From NCBI GenBank assembly GCA_012295275.1, contig CM022665.1:37944001-38008000 (forward strand): a stretch of DNA of 64,000 nt, read 5' to 3'. This DNA is from Chrysomallon squamiferum. Taxonomy: Eukaryota > Animalia > Mollusca. A program made the position numbers and the translations under genes. Positions within the stretch are counted from its first letter, which is position 1. Every line of letters starts with the position of its first letter. This document shows, in pieces, positions 15,833-30,363 of this stretch. The notes under the pieces are model-generated. The model did no database searches. It had not been told where the DNA came from and saw only the letters and a program-made list of their open reading frames with translations.

Positions 15833-18742
15833 CAATGAAAATAATAATGGAATCTTCTATGTACACCTTTCCAAGGATGGAACAACCTTTGACAAAATAT
15901 AGTCAGAGGGTACTGGTTGGAACGGGATTTAACGCAATAAAAACATGACGAAGAAGCAAAACTGCGACATATCACCCCTCAATCTAACAGAGATACTGCC
16001 TTATGTATTAACAACAACAACAACAAAAACAGCAATAACAAGAGCAACAACAACAGTAACGATAAAACAGTTCGTTGTTTTATGTATTAACCTAATAAAA
16101 AATTAATATCAAAACACCGTGTCCTTTAGTGCACAGTAACAATGCACAAAAACAGTTACACAGTAATTCAGCTTTGTTTACTCTAGTCTTACATCCTACC
16201 GTTAAACTCTTTGAAAAAAAATGAAAAAAAAGAAAAGAAACCGTTATAATTACAGTTAATATTTTCTTATTTTCAAGTCTGTGTGGTACGTAGTCCATTC
16301 GGAATACATTACAATGAGCACCCCGTATTGAAAACACATCTATAGCAGTTCATTAACTGAAACCATTAACAACAGGCGAGGTTTCTCCACTTTGAATACA
16401 ATTCCTGTCAACAAACGAGGGCAAGTCGCCGGGCTGATTTGCTTTGCTGTATGGCGGTTGAATTATTTATTACGGTACACTGAATAGGACAGGGTCCATA
16501 TCGACTCGTTTAAATATAACTCAAGAGTGGGGGAAAAAAGAGTATTTTGGGATGGAATGACTCGAGATTAAACGAGTATTTTAAATATGAATCTGAAGAA
16601 GTGGTTATCAGCATTTTTTTTTTTTTTTTCCCGAGTATATTTCAATATATAACGTACACGTAGCGTAGAAAACCAATATTTTAGAAAGTGTAAAATTCGT
16701 ATTATATAGGTATGTATGTATATATATGTATGTATGTGTATGCGTGTCTCCAATCTTTGTTATCGTTTGCATATCTGATTAGATTTTGCAAACAGACAAT
16801 ATATGACACTGCAAATCTGTCGATGACTAGATTCGAGCATTCGGCATCTAATCGTTCGCACTTTGTTTTTGTATTGTACAATGTCAGATATGCCTGAAAT
16901 GTTTAGAAGTTTACATAGGTCAAACAAAAAAATCAATGAATCTATTACTGCATTTACTTTTATTCTGGGGTATGGAGATTCTTTGGTTGAGGAGAGCAGA
17001 GGGATTGATTTGCTAAAAATTTGACCACCGATACAGGGTACCAATTTCTCCGTGTTTTGCCAAATCTTCTTTACCAAATTTGGGAATGCAGTTTCTTTTC
17101 CAGCCCCCGTCTGAGTCGTACACTTTTAACCTCTGTTTCACATTTTCATCACGGGCAGGAACGCTTCTGGGCTTATTTGAATTCGTGTGATTTCAAGATA
17201 AACAGACGGCACATAATGTCACAAATTGACAATGCTCTCTCTGTATATATAATTACCAGTTAGTTATAAAAGTACGATTTTTTTTTGATTTTTTTTTTCT
17301 GAAGTCAAACCCCAAAACCCCGAGGAATATATAAGTGTATTGCATCAAGTATTGAAAAGAATGTTAAATATATTCCGTCAGAAGATGAATCTCACAGACA
17401 CAAATTATATGTGTCTAATACCCGAGAGAACCGTCTGAAATAAAAACTGATACAGCATAAAAATCATTTATTCTGTTTCTTCTTCTTTTTTTTATCTGAT
17501 AAAATTCTGTTTCCTCCTGAACTTTTGCCAAGTTATAATTTTTATATGACCGTACCTCCAACCCCCCCGTTTACACTTATTTTTAAAATTATATATGAAT
17601 ATATTTATGTAGGTATGTATTTTTTTTATTGTATAAACTGCTGAACTGATTGACAGTTTGTATATAGATATATGTAAATACATGTAGATTACTGCATCCA
17701 TATAATGTATATGAATATGTAAGAACACGTAAGTATGTAATTACTTATTTACATCTGTATTCATGAAATACATACATAATTTATTACACCCTTCAATTAC
17801 CATTCGCTTCACTGTGTAAAACAATCTCTCTTGTGATAACTTTTCAATGAAACGTAACAAAGATGTCGACCACCTGTGAACTATACACTGTTTATAATAT
17901 CATTGTGTTTTACACCAGCATATTGATGTATGTAACGTTATAGTACATTACATAACAAACTGTCACACACATAAAGTACTAGCATTGCATAAGTTTGTCA
18001 GAAAACCAGTTTGACAAGAAGAGAAAAGAGTGAAAAAAATATATATATTTTTTTTAAAATTCTTTTTATTATTTTTTCTGTTTTTTAGCTTTCTTTATAT
18101 ATATATAGACAAAAATGAAAAAATTATTGGTGCTGTTTTTTTTTTTTTTTTTTTTCTTTTTCTGTTTTTTAGCTTTCTTTATATATATATATATATATAT
18201 AACCCTATTGAAAAAATAAAAAGAAGGAAAAAATAGAAAAAAGAAAAAACAGTAAAAAGAATTCTAAAAAATTAAAAAACCAAACACATTTGAAACATTA
18301 TTGAAATCAGTTTAACCACACGTTATTTTCATGTTCATTGCATTGATTTTCCTACCTTGAATAATTAACTGTTTTTGTTGCTGATAACAAATGGTTGAAG
18401 ACTGGAATAAGTTCCGTTATGAAAGCATCTGTAACTATATACACAATTGTTTCAAATTTCTGGTTTGTGAACATATTAACAAAAATCTCTCGTTTTCTAA
18501 CGTTAGAGAGAATTGACATTAAAAATTAAAGTACGTTAACGTAAAAACAAATTAGACAATGCATGTTAGAAAACAAAACACAGCATTAAATATTTTATTA
18601 GTTTTTGAAACAGAATAAAAAATTAACATTATGGTTGTTATATTAAATAGTAACTAGCATTGTGAAACATAAGATAATGAGTTCAGACCTAAATATGTAG
18701 GGCATTCTACAGCTTTTCAAAGGAATGATACACTATAAAGCA

Positions 18743-18774
<32 letters not shown>

Positions 18775-21762
18775 TATCTGTTTTTCTCTGTCTTTGGACC
18801 TGTCTGAGTCAAAACAAAACAAAACAAAATAGCAACAACAACAAAAGTAAGTAGATAAATAAATAAAATAATTAATTAAAAAAAAATGATAATAAAATAA
18901 ACAGTTAAAAAACATTATAATCAGAATAAAAATAATAATAACAATAGAACAAAAAAAAACAAAAACAAACAAACAAAAAAGAGGAAAAGTAGTAATAGTA
19001 ATAATAACAAGATATCATGCTATCAAATGCTAAATATGATTTCTTTAATCTCTGTGTTACATGTTTGGAAAACAAAAATCGTTATAATGACTGACCCACA
19101 TCAAGAAATGCGCTACTGGGGGCAACGCAGCATTTAAAGGAAAAAAGACAAGTTGAAAACGCTTGTAGTTACACGCAGCGTTAAACATGCTAGTTTGTTC
19201 CATTACAACAACATCGACTTTGAATTTAGTGGAAGTGAAGTATTGATATTATGTCACAGTTACGTGTACTTTGTAAAAGTATTTATAACAAAAACAATTA
19301 TAATAATAAAAAGAGAAGAAAGAAGAAAAAGAGTTATAAATACTATTTTTAAAACGAACAAAATATATATATATTCTCTTTTTCAAATCTGTTTTTGTCG
19401 AGTTAGTTCAAAAATGCTTTCTTGTTCAACTGTTTTAGTATGTCAAGTGTCCAGGTAGATTAAAATAATCTTAGTGGGATTAGTGATTTATGAGTTTAGC
19501 TTAACACCAAATTCTGCAATAACAAAAACACCTATTGACGTTTGTCATTCTTTCAGTAGTCTGCTTTAACCGTTTTTACCTTCCTTTAAAATAAAAATGA
19601 AATGAATGTTACGTCATGTGATGTAAGGCGAGCGATAGGCAGATCTGGAAAGATTATTTGACGTCATCGAACATATAAAGTAAAGAATAAGGCATGGACA
19701 GTCGCCAACATACTGTATCATGTCACAGCATGTCGTGATTTTTTAACATAAATTTTCTTTTTGCGTCACACAAAATGACGTAGCAAATCCCGTTACGAGG
19801 TGATATCAATGCGCATGATATATCGCGGCACACCATGAGAAAAATATGCATATGATATGACGTCATTACATTATATAACAGACGTCATGACGTTGTTAAC
19901 AAGCTATGCCATTCATGAATACTACTTAATGATAATAATGAGTGCATACAATAAATCAAATCAAATCAAATAAATCAAATAATAAATAATACAAAATAAA
20001 ATAACGAAAACGTACTTAATTCAAAAACAAACCAATTAAATAAATAAATAAAATAAAATAAAATAAAATAAAATAAAATAAAATAAAATAAAATAATAAA
20101 AGCAACTAAAAAAAAAAACCCCCAAAACCCCAAACAACAGCACCAATAATTTTGAAAGCCTTAAAGGTCAAATTATGAACCTTACAAATATGTTGGAAAG
20201 AGACGTAACAGAAGAAGCTGCTTGCTTAATAATTTGTAATTTACAAACTGCACTGTCCTGCGTAACAGAAACAAAGGGTACACTGTTCCGACTTATCTCT
20301 CCTTCTAAAACAATAGGTAAGAAAATGATGTCAAGTCTCGGTTTATCACGGCTTCTAACGCAAGGATCATTTCATTGCAACGCTGTCCTGAACTGAAGAA
20401 TAAGACACCGGTTTTCGGCCGATGATTTACTGCGTTTCTCAATAAGCTGAAGACGGCTTTGTCAGCTAGACATTTACTCAGCATTAGTTGAAGCTATTTT
20501 CGCCAATTCTTGATTCCTTAAGTCGACAGCACAATGCGTCGTCGCTAAACAGTTCATTTTCCTGGCGATAATATTTGATCAATATATCAACGGATGAAGA
20601 TAAAACGAATTTGCGTCTCTTTATTGGTTAAGTGAAGAGCAACAAAATATGCTAGAATGATTTATTTAGTGTACGGATGTGAATAATGTTTAATATACCG
20701 CTACAACGGCAGAGCTATGATGACAGCGCAGGTAGGTTTTAAAAGGGTTCTGTTATAGCTGTATGAATAATAATCATTCTGAAAAAAAAAAAAAAAGAGA
20801 ACAAAAGAAAATGTTTTGTTTTGTTTTGTTTCACGACACCACCAAAGCATATTGATTAATTTTATGCCAAAGGCTGTTGGATGACAAACTTCGTAGATAA
20901 AAAACAAACAAAAAAAAAATCATTATGTTTGTCCATATTTTACATTCCTTTAGAGAAGAAAGGACACATCATAATGATTTATTATTTAATAATGCTCTTC
21001 AGGTTTGAAAGGGAAATATCTATCTACCTATCTATGTATAAATAATTGTGAATTAATAATATATATATATAAATACACACATAGTAATTAATATGGATAT
21101 GTCCAGCCTTTAAAATGTGAATAAATGTGTGTCATTAATCGTAACTGTTGGAAAAGGGGTGGAAAAAATCCCTAAAAAAACCGTGATATCTTCTGGTGAA
21201 AATGAACGTAATAAACATTTCGGTTCTGTCTAAACCCTAAAACGAACTACATATGATGATCACCGGGTCTAAATCAGTTTCATCATTACAGATTAACATT
21301 GTATTTAAATCTACACATAATTAATATTCCTATCCGATATATATGCCACGACATACTAAATATTCATTGATAAATAACCTTCATTATTCTTACATCGACC
21401 TTAATTTATATAAAACAGCAGGACATTTTATCATAATCAAATATTATATACAATGTCCAAAAGCTATTAAAATTATTTTTCCATTATCTATATTTCAAAA
21501 GTTTCCGGACACCCATGGCAAATTTGGTTCTCAACATCATTGGTTTCCCGCCCCAGTGTCACAATAGTTCCGGTGGTCATGCCTACTATTCTGCTAAAAT
21601 TAAACTGTCAATAAGATAGTCTTAATACATTTTAAAACATTGCCAAGTTATCGGGGGAGGGGTTCTTGTTTTTGTTGTTTTTTCTGTTTCTTATAAACTG
21701 CGTTTACTATTAATAAAGCTAAGCAATTAATAATTTCATTACGTACAGGATAATTCCAGGAA

Positions 21763-21823
21763 GCCGCCATTTTGTCTTCTCTCGAGATGTGCAACGCTTT
21801 GCTATAATTTATTTTCTGTGAGT
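21763..21823 (+). promoter_or_regulatory. YY1-type motif and probable non-coding first exon/donor of the coiled-coil gene
   Basis: gccgccattttg at 21763-21774, donor gtgagt at 21818, then an 86-nt intron ending in ctctctatttcag at 21903. Confidence 0.45.
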
Positions 21824-21966
21824 GAAGAGTAAACAAACCCATTTTTTCGCCAAAATGAATATATTAATTTTCAGTAATTTTCATTATTATCTCTCTATTT
21901 CAGGCAAAGCGAAAGAAGGCGAAACAAAAACGCAAAAATGAAGACGAAAGATCTCGAAAAAAGGAC

Positions 21967-22227
21967 ATGGCTAAAACTGTTTCTGCTTACAAAAACGCGG
22001 GCACAATGAGTCCACGCGGGGGGAGAGACAATACCGATCATGTGACGAAAGGGAAAGGCCTTGATCATGCGACTAGTTCAGAAAGTGTTAAAAAGGTGTC
22101 GAAGGAAAGCGGCGACGAGAAAGCAACTGTGTTAAAAAACGAGAAACTGGAAGCCGCGTGTGCGCAGGTCAAACAGAACATAGCGAAAGGTGACTTCCTG
22201 GAGAAACTGGAAGAAACGTTGTTGCAG
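21967..22227 (+). CDS. Coiled-coil/CaaX gene coding exon 1
   Basis: [19 protein letters not shown]...LEETLLQ; acceptor at 21903, donor cag|gtaaaa. Confidence 0.8.
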
Positions 22228-22993
22228 GTAAAATGTATATACTTATTAGAAATGAACTTGTTATTTATTTATTTATTTATTTATTTATTATTATTATTAA
22301 TTAATTAATTAATGTTTTTATTTATTTATTTTACTTTCATTGTAGAATAATTCTGCTTTGTAAAACTGCAATATTTATTAATCCTGGGATTGGGCAAATT
22401 CAGATCACATGACATGAAGCCGTTTTTTTTGTTTGTTAATAAGTACACATACCTTAATGAATATGACGTCTATTTACATGCAAAGAAAATATTTCCGCGG
22501 TAAAAGTTTATTTTATTTATTTTATTATCAACATAATAATAATAATAATAATAATAACAACAAAGGTTCTTTAGTTGAAAGATATAGTCTATAGTTTATA
22601 GCCTAATTCAGATAATCGTAATCCTTATCAAATGTAATAATCTCTGATCACAAAATCTAATTAGCAACAATAGTAACAGCCGTTTGGCTGAAACGCACTC
22701 ATGTTTGATCCTAGCTCTTCAAAAATGCTTATTAAGAAACTTTTATTTAATTTTAAATAAAATCGTTTATCCTAAGATCACAGATTAATACTTTATACTG
22801 TATACATTGATGTTGTTGATGGCGATGTCGTTGCGATTGATGTTACAGGATGGTAACGAGGAAGAAGCAGTATCTGCTTGTAGACAAATGTTCAGAGAGG
22901 AAATGGTTCGTCTCAGGAAAGAAGTGGAAGAATTCAAAGAACTGTGTGTTCAGCAGGTGATATTCTTTTAGATTAATACATAGACGTGCTAAT

Positions 22994-23083
<90 letters not shown>

Positions 23084-23322
23084 AAAGAGATAGACTGACA
23101 GACACACTGACGGAGAAATTGAGTCATACTGACAGACAAACAAACAATCAGATAGACAGACAGACATACAGGCTCACAGTCAATTATACAGATATTTACA
23201 CATTCCTAATAAGATAAAGAGAGATTCAAACAGAATAAAGAGAGAGATTTATCAGATGGACACACACACTGACAAACATAGGAGCGTTCATCCAGACTGA
23301 CAGACACATAGTCGGACTTATA

Positions 23323-23412
<90 letters not shown>

Positions 23413-23900
23413 GTATACAAAGTGGATAAATAAATAAACATTTATACAAAGAAATGGATAATCTGTTTTGTCAGGTAATATTGTAGTAACATAAATAAAA
23501 GGTTAATGGTGTCCTTTCAGATAAATGAACGCTATATATTTATGAACAGTATATATGTAAAGCAGTATCATATAGTTTCCCTAAACACGATCATATTGAA
23601 ATAAGACAAGAAAAACCATCAGGGTTTTGAAACAAGTAAAGTGGAGCTTCATTTTTAATCTTAAAAAGAAAATCAGAATTGTAGATATGGGATCCAAAAG
23701 GTTATTTTAAAAACTTAAAACATAAAAAATACAGAGATAAAGTTGCACTGAGTATCAGGTTACTAAGTTACCGTCCATAAAATTCATATCTTTGCTGCAT
23801 GTTTGTGCTTTTGGCATGTCTAACGATTTTACTAAAAGACAAATGTTCTTGTCTATAAATTTTCGCATTTAACTGGGACACTGGAGCATATTATTGTAAT

Positions 23901-23934
<34 letters not shown>

Positions 23935-25591
23935 AAATGAAAAAAAAAAAAAAAATAAATAAATAAAAAAAAATAAATAAAAAATAAAAACAAACAAAAA
24001 CAGCAGCATTCATCAACTCCAAACAATTCATCTTGTCAAACAAGATCGACATTTTTCTGATACCAAACTAAAACCTATTATTTATTTAAATATTAAATAA
24101 TGTTTTCTATACAACCATTTGTATTTATCCGTAACCGTCAGACACTGACGTAAGTTCATTGTTAGCACTTCCGCTTCAGATGCAATAGATGTAAGGATCT
24201 ATCCTCTTTATTTTGTTTTTATTTTTGTTTTTTGTTTTTTAAAAAGAAAAAAAAAAGAAGAACGTTTTATGCTGTATGAAATTGTATAAAAGACAATATA
24301 CTGCTACTTGACTGATAGGTATGAGTTGTCAGTGGAGTAATACAAATAACAGCTTTATTTGTTTTATTTAAATCAGCCGCAACGCTAATAACACCATTAG
24401 TAACCATAGAAACAGAGACAACAACAACAATAATCACAACATAATACATTAAACAAGTAAGAATATATTTAAATAATAATAATAATAATAATAATGGCTA
24501 CTACTGATATTACTTAGTATTTGTACCAGCAGCAGCAGTGTAGAAGCAATAGTAGAAGTTATTGTTTTTTAAACTGGTTTATCAGGAGTAGTAGTAGTTG
24601 TTGCAACAGCAACAATAACAGCATCAAAAACACTAACAGAAGAGCAACAAAAACATTAATAATGACAACGGCCATAACAACGTTAAAAAAACAAAAAACA
24701 CAAACATTTATATTAACCAAATTTCTCGATAGGAATGTGTAAATATTATGCTGACCAGAAATATAGACATAACAAACGCAGGACAACATGGATTTACAAA
24801 CTTATATTGTTAATGGACATATTATAGTGATTCCCTTACATGTCATTGTAATAATTTATAAAGCTGTAATGAAAATATCATTGGCTGAATATTAGATATA
24901 ATGTGTTTTTTGTTTTGTTTTTTTTTCTTCTTCTATATATTATATAAAAATAATAAACTACTTTTCATTTTTCTTTTTTTTGACATTCGCGACAGTATGC
25001 ACTGAAACACAGTTGGTCTCTTTATCCCCCAGACCCAAAATAAATAAACCTGTATCAGAAAGGGTGCTGTAAATAAAAACTCCATGTACTGTCAATATCG
25101 CCGATGTTCGAAATATCGATCATATCGATTTATCACGCTTAAAATGCAGATAGGGACATAAATAAGCCATTACTAACAATAAACATTTTATTGTGCATTT
25201 CTTTTAAAGAAATTATCGATTCCAGGATTCTTTTTTTACTAAATGTTCTCAAGACGAACAAAACTGTATAAAGAGCAGTCAGATATGGCGAAACGAGAGA
25301 GAAAGTTCACGCGCCTGAAAGTGAATGAAGTCAGCGAGGCTGTTCCGTTGTCCCGAGCAACGAACACCTTATAAAGATGGGTTCTATGAATGATGGTCAA
25401 AATCAAGCAGCTTATATCGACCTTAGAATCAGTCACAGTTATGACTCTGTGATTAACTCTGACGAGAAACGGTTAGAATGTTAGTGAATTTAGAAGGTTA
25501 ACGAGTGCGACTGAGGTTAATGAAATCGGAGGTTAGAGACTGCATTTATTGAAAAAAAAAAAAATAATAATAATAACTTTTTAAAATGTAT

Positions 25592-25622
<31 letters not shown>

Positions 25623-28600
25623 TTTTTTTTTTTTTTTTTTTTTTTTTCTCTGTTAGTTAAAGCTGCATTATTTGCATCTGGCCTTAAAGACAAATATGAA
25701 GTGATTTTATTATTTTTCTCTTTCATATGGTTTTGTGCTATAAATCAATTAATGCATGTTTTAAATACTGATGTTTACACAGAAGTAAAAATAATATCAG
25801 TAACGCTGGAAGATCGATGACTAATTTATTTATATAAAGCTGAAGCAAATAAAAATTTTTTTTTTTTTTTTTTTTTAGCTATAAATTAAAATCTTCGTAT
25901 ACTATCTGGGTTTGTCGCAAAGATATGTATCACAGTTCATTAACCGGAAATAATCTGAAAACAGCAACAAACGACAATGAAGACTGTAAAAATATCAAGG
26001 CTTTATTTTGACTGGAACAACAATAAGGAAAAGAAGAAATTAACGTATTATTTAATGACGCACTCCATTTTTAGATCAGTACAAATAACTGCATTCTCCA
26101 TTTCAAATTATTATTCAAGCTCAGTTTCATGATCATAATAAGTGTTAAGACTGTAAAATAAACCACTAATCCATCATGGTATTAATGCATTCAGTCTTTA
26201 ATGAAATGACATTAACAGACCCTTCTTTATTTACAGATTTAAGAATATTTTCTATAATTAACCTTCCATATTTTCCTTTCGTGCAGTTTTTTATTTGGAC
26301 TTCGAGTGTATTATTCAAACATGTATTACGTTACAACAATAGTTACCACTACTATTGTTACGGTTATTGTTGTTCTTGTTTTTGCTTATTTATTTATTTA
26401 TTTAATTATTTATTTCAGGTGGAGATTCAGAAACAGCTGGTAGAGAAACACAGAAAGAACTGCGAAAAAGAGCTGGTATCTCTAACGACGAAAAATGGTC
26501 TGATGTTAGTAATCTACATAAGTAATAAAACTAATTCATACCATCAATATTTAATTACACTTTCATTTATATTTTCTACAACATGGCGACGACGCTAGAT
26601 TTGTTTACAATAAGGCGATGATACTAGATACCTTTGGGATGTATTGTAATTAGGATCAGCGGAGTTATAAAAATTACTGATCCCAGATATGGCAAGATAT
26701 TCCTACGTCATTCGTCATGGTAATACCAACCAGCAGTATCAAATAGCGTGCCACTGAATGTGCAGTTAAATTCTGTGAATCTTGAACTTGATATAAAAAT
26801 GCAGGCCCTAATGAAACTTTTTGTAAATATATATATGTGTATTGAAAAAATACGAGAAGTAGACATTTTAAAATGAATCCGCGTTTGATTTTTGTAAACA
26901 TAGTAAAATCGATCTGTCTCCAAGATGCACGTTTTTTCTCTCTGTTTGAATAGCATCACTATGGAAACGTAACACTTACCAATTTATAAATACTTGAAGA
27001 ATAAATAAGTGGACAAAAATTATCTCGCCAAAATTTTGATTAAACATAATAAAAAATGTTTCACGTAGCGGTTTGCACGGCTTTCAGATTAATAGTACGT
27101 CGATTTTCTTTGTGGTCCTTTTTATATGAAAATAATATTTACTTCTTACTGTTATTCACGAGCCTATAATGCAATAATTCTTAGTCTTAACTGTTTTACG
27201 TAAGTATAATGCGAATCTTTATTATTAATATTATTATTATTATTATTGTTATTATTATTATTATTTGTTTTACTGTTAATAGCATTTTTAAAAGAAACTT
27301 ATGTTTGTGTTTTTATATTTGTAATACGTACGCTTTTTAGAATACATAGTTTGTTAGAATAATATGTCGTTTTTAATGTGGCACGTACTCAGACCTAATA
27401 CATGATATGTAGGCTAATACATAATGCTCCGAACTAATAAATAAATAATACGGGTATGTAAGCCTAATTAATCATACGTAGGACTAACATAAATAATACC
27501 CTGCCCTAATATTATACACGTAGGCCAAATAAATAATACCAAGGCCTAATACGTTTATATACAGGCCTAGCAAATGATGGGTAGGCCAAATCTTTAACAT
27601 GTAGCCTGTAGTACGTGCCTTCATGACTCCTGATTTCTGAACAGAAAGACCGATGAAGTTGATCCACAGTTGCAGGAACAGCTGAAGCTGTTGGAATCGA
27701 GTATGGAGTTCTTCCAGCACAAACAGCGGATCCTGGACGAAGAAATGGAACTGCTGAACAGAGAGGAGGCACTGGCGCGGAAACAGAAAGATCTGGAACA
27801 GTACGAGAAAGAGGTACGTTTGTAAAAACAGGTTTAGGAATGTAAAGTGGAGATTCAGAAGTGTGTTATTCTTGTTGTTCACTCTTTGGGTATATCTACA
27901 TTTAAAAGGACAGGGGATGTAAAGGCATAACTTCTCTAAAACAACATCCAGAATGCGAGTCTGAATACAGCCATTTTATTAAAAATAAAATACCACATTT
28001 TTTAATTTTTTTATTTTTTATTTATTTTTTTAAATGCAATTCATCTGTTAATGGAAAATATAATATTAAAATTACGGTATTATAATTAAAAGGAAGACTA
28101 TAATATAGTTATTTACTGAAAATAGGTATTTAATGGAAAATATATTATAATTGTATTTATCAAAAACTGATAGCACTGATGGAATCTATAACAAAGATCT
28201 TTGTGGAAGATATAAAGTTTTATGCATATCATTATATAAATGCTGTTTATGGAAAACAAAATATCATGAAAAACATAATGCAACTGTTACATGTATAATA
28301 CAGCATCCTTAATGTAAATATAATGCCAAGAATATATGTCACATTATGCTCTTATAGTATTTCTAGTTATTTAAGAAAATATTCTGGTAAACTGTCTAAT
28401 GTCTTTTTAGGCAAAATATTGTAAGAAATGGCTTCAAGGAAACTGTAGTCTGGTCTGAAATTAAATATACAGAATGTCTAAGAAAAAGGACAATAACTTG
28501 CACGTAAAAAAGACCTGTCTGTACTGCAGGATGAAATGAAGGATATAAATATTACCTGTTACACTAAATTTCTATATACAACAGCCATTACTGAATCTTA

Positions 28601-29185
28601 CAACAAAACCTTCACAATACGTTAATACAGCTCAGACGTATGAAACAAAATTAACTTCAGTTGAAAAAAGAAAAAAAAATAGAAAACAACAACAACGAAA
28701 AAAATAACAGATGATTAGTTTTTCTATTGGCATCATTGATTTTCATCTGGAAGGTAGAAATAAGGCTTTTTTTTTTATTTTTTATTTTTTTACAAACTTA
28801 CGTTTCGGATAATGGCAGACATATTTTCGTTCTTCATTGTGTTTCGAAATATTTGAATACGTTATAAAGATTTAATATATTTGTGAAAAAAAAAAACCAG
28901 AATAAAGAGTGAGGGTAAATGGTCTAGATTTTGGTTGTATTTTAAGATTATTGAAGTTGAGGCGATGCTGAATCAGAGACAGGCAATCAGCTGCAGACGT
29001 CAGAAACACTTAGCGACGTTAGACGAAGTAAGTGTATTTTAAAACGCAATATACATGGTACACATATGTATGTACGTACGTATGTATCTATCTGTCTGCG
29101 TATATATGTCTTTATGTATGTATATATGTACGTACGTATGTATGTATGTATATATATATATATATATGTATATGTATATGTATGT

Positions 29186-29219
<34 letters not shown>

Positions 29220-30318
29220 GTATGTGTGTGTGTGTATGTATATATATGTATATATGTATGTGTGTATATGTATTTATATATGTATACATGTGTGTGTGTA
29301 TGTGTGTATGTATGTATTTATATATGTATACATGTGTGTGTGTATGTGTGTATGCATGTATGTGTGCATGTATGTATGCATGTATGTATGCACGTATGTA
29401 TGTATGCATGCATGTATGTATCTCTGTGCATGTACTTGTGTCTCTATCATGTATGCATGTATCTATATAATGTATGTAATTTCTCTGTGTCTGTTAGTAT
29501 GTACGTCTGTCTGTATCTATAAATATATTTTTATTCATGAATCTGATTTTATAGTTATATCTGTTGTACGTATTCATCCTAGAAATCATTTGTTTTCTTT
29601 CTTTCTGTCTTGAACTGGACAACAGTTACAAAAGTACTCGTATTAGTTAAGTTCCATACAGAAATTATGTGAAGTTAGACGACTGTTAACACTCAGCAAA
29701 AGTGTTGTTATTATCAGTCTACAATTAGACTCATCACTGCCCATTTCGCATTAATAAGTCAGTGATAAACAGATTTGTATTTGCTTTCTTAATATTTCTT
29801 CTTCTTCTTCTTCTTCTTCTTCTTATTATTATTATTATTGTTATTATTATTTAATAGGAACTCTTTTCTTTACGACGGGAATTGGAAGAGACGAAAGAAC
29901 AGATTAACCAAGAACAGTTGGTAGAAGCGACCACTTCTGAAAAAGCTCAGAGAAACTGGTGTGTACCCTTCCAGCTGATATATCTCGTAAAGTTTTAACA
30001 ACAACTATAATTCATTATAACAGATTCTAATTTAATATATATATATTATTTCTTTTTCTCAAAATATGGCTTTACATTATTGACCAAGTTATAATCTATA
30101 ACTAGAGCGACACAGATAGCTTATGCATATTAATTTTAATCAGTTGATGATGGATGTGTGAACCGATGAACGTATAGATCGTCTGGTGGTTAATGAATTG
30201 TTCTAAAATAAATAAAAATTAATATTGTAACATTAAAACCTATCTATTTTTAATACATGTGTTTAATTTGTGTATTTTTATTAAAGAGGTTGCTTCGCTT
30301 ATCCTTTCTTGGATAGTG

Positions 30319-30363
<45 letters not shown>

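Noticed and set aside
16760-17263. GC-richer block with short ORFs on both strands
   Set aside because: No recognisable motif or usable splice pair. Probably a decayed TE fragment, but I cannot support a call.
25239-25436. CpG-rich intronic block with a short MAKRERKF... frame
   Set aside because: It stops after ~29 codons and has no compatible splice sites for the host gene.
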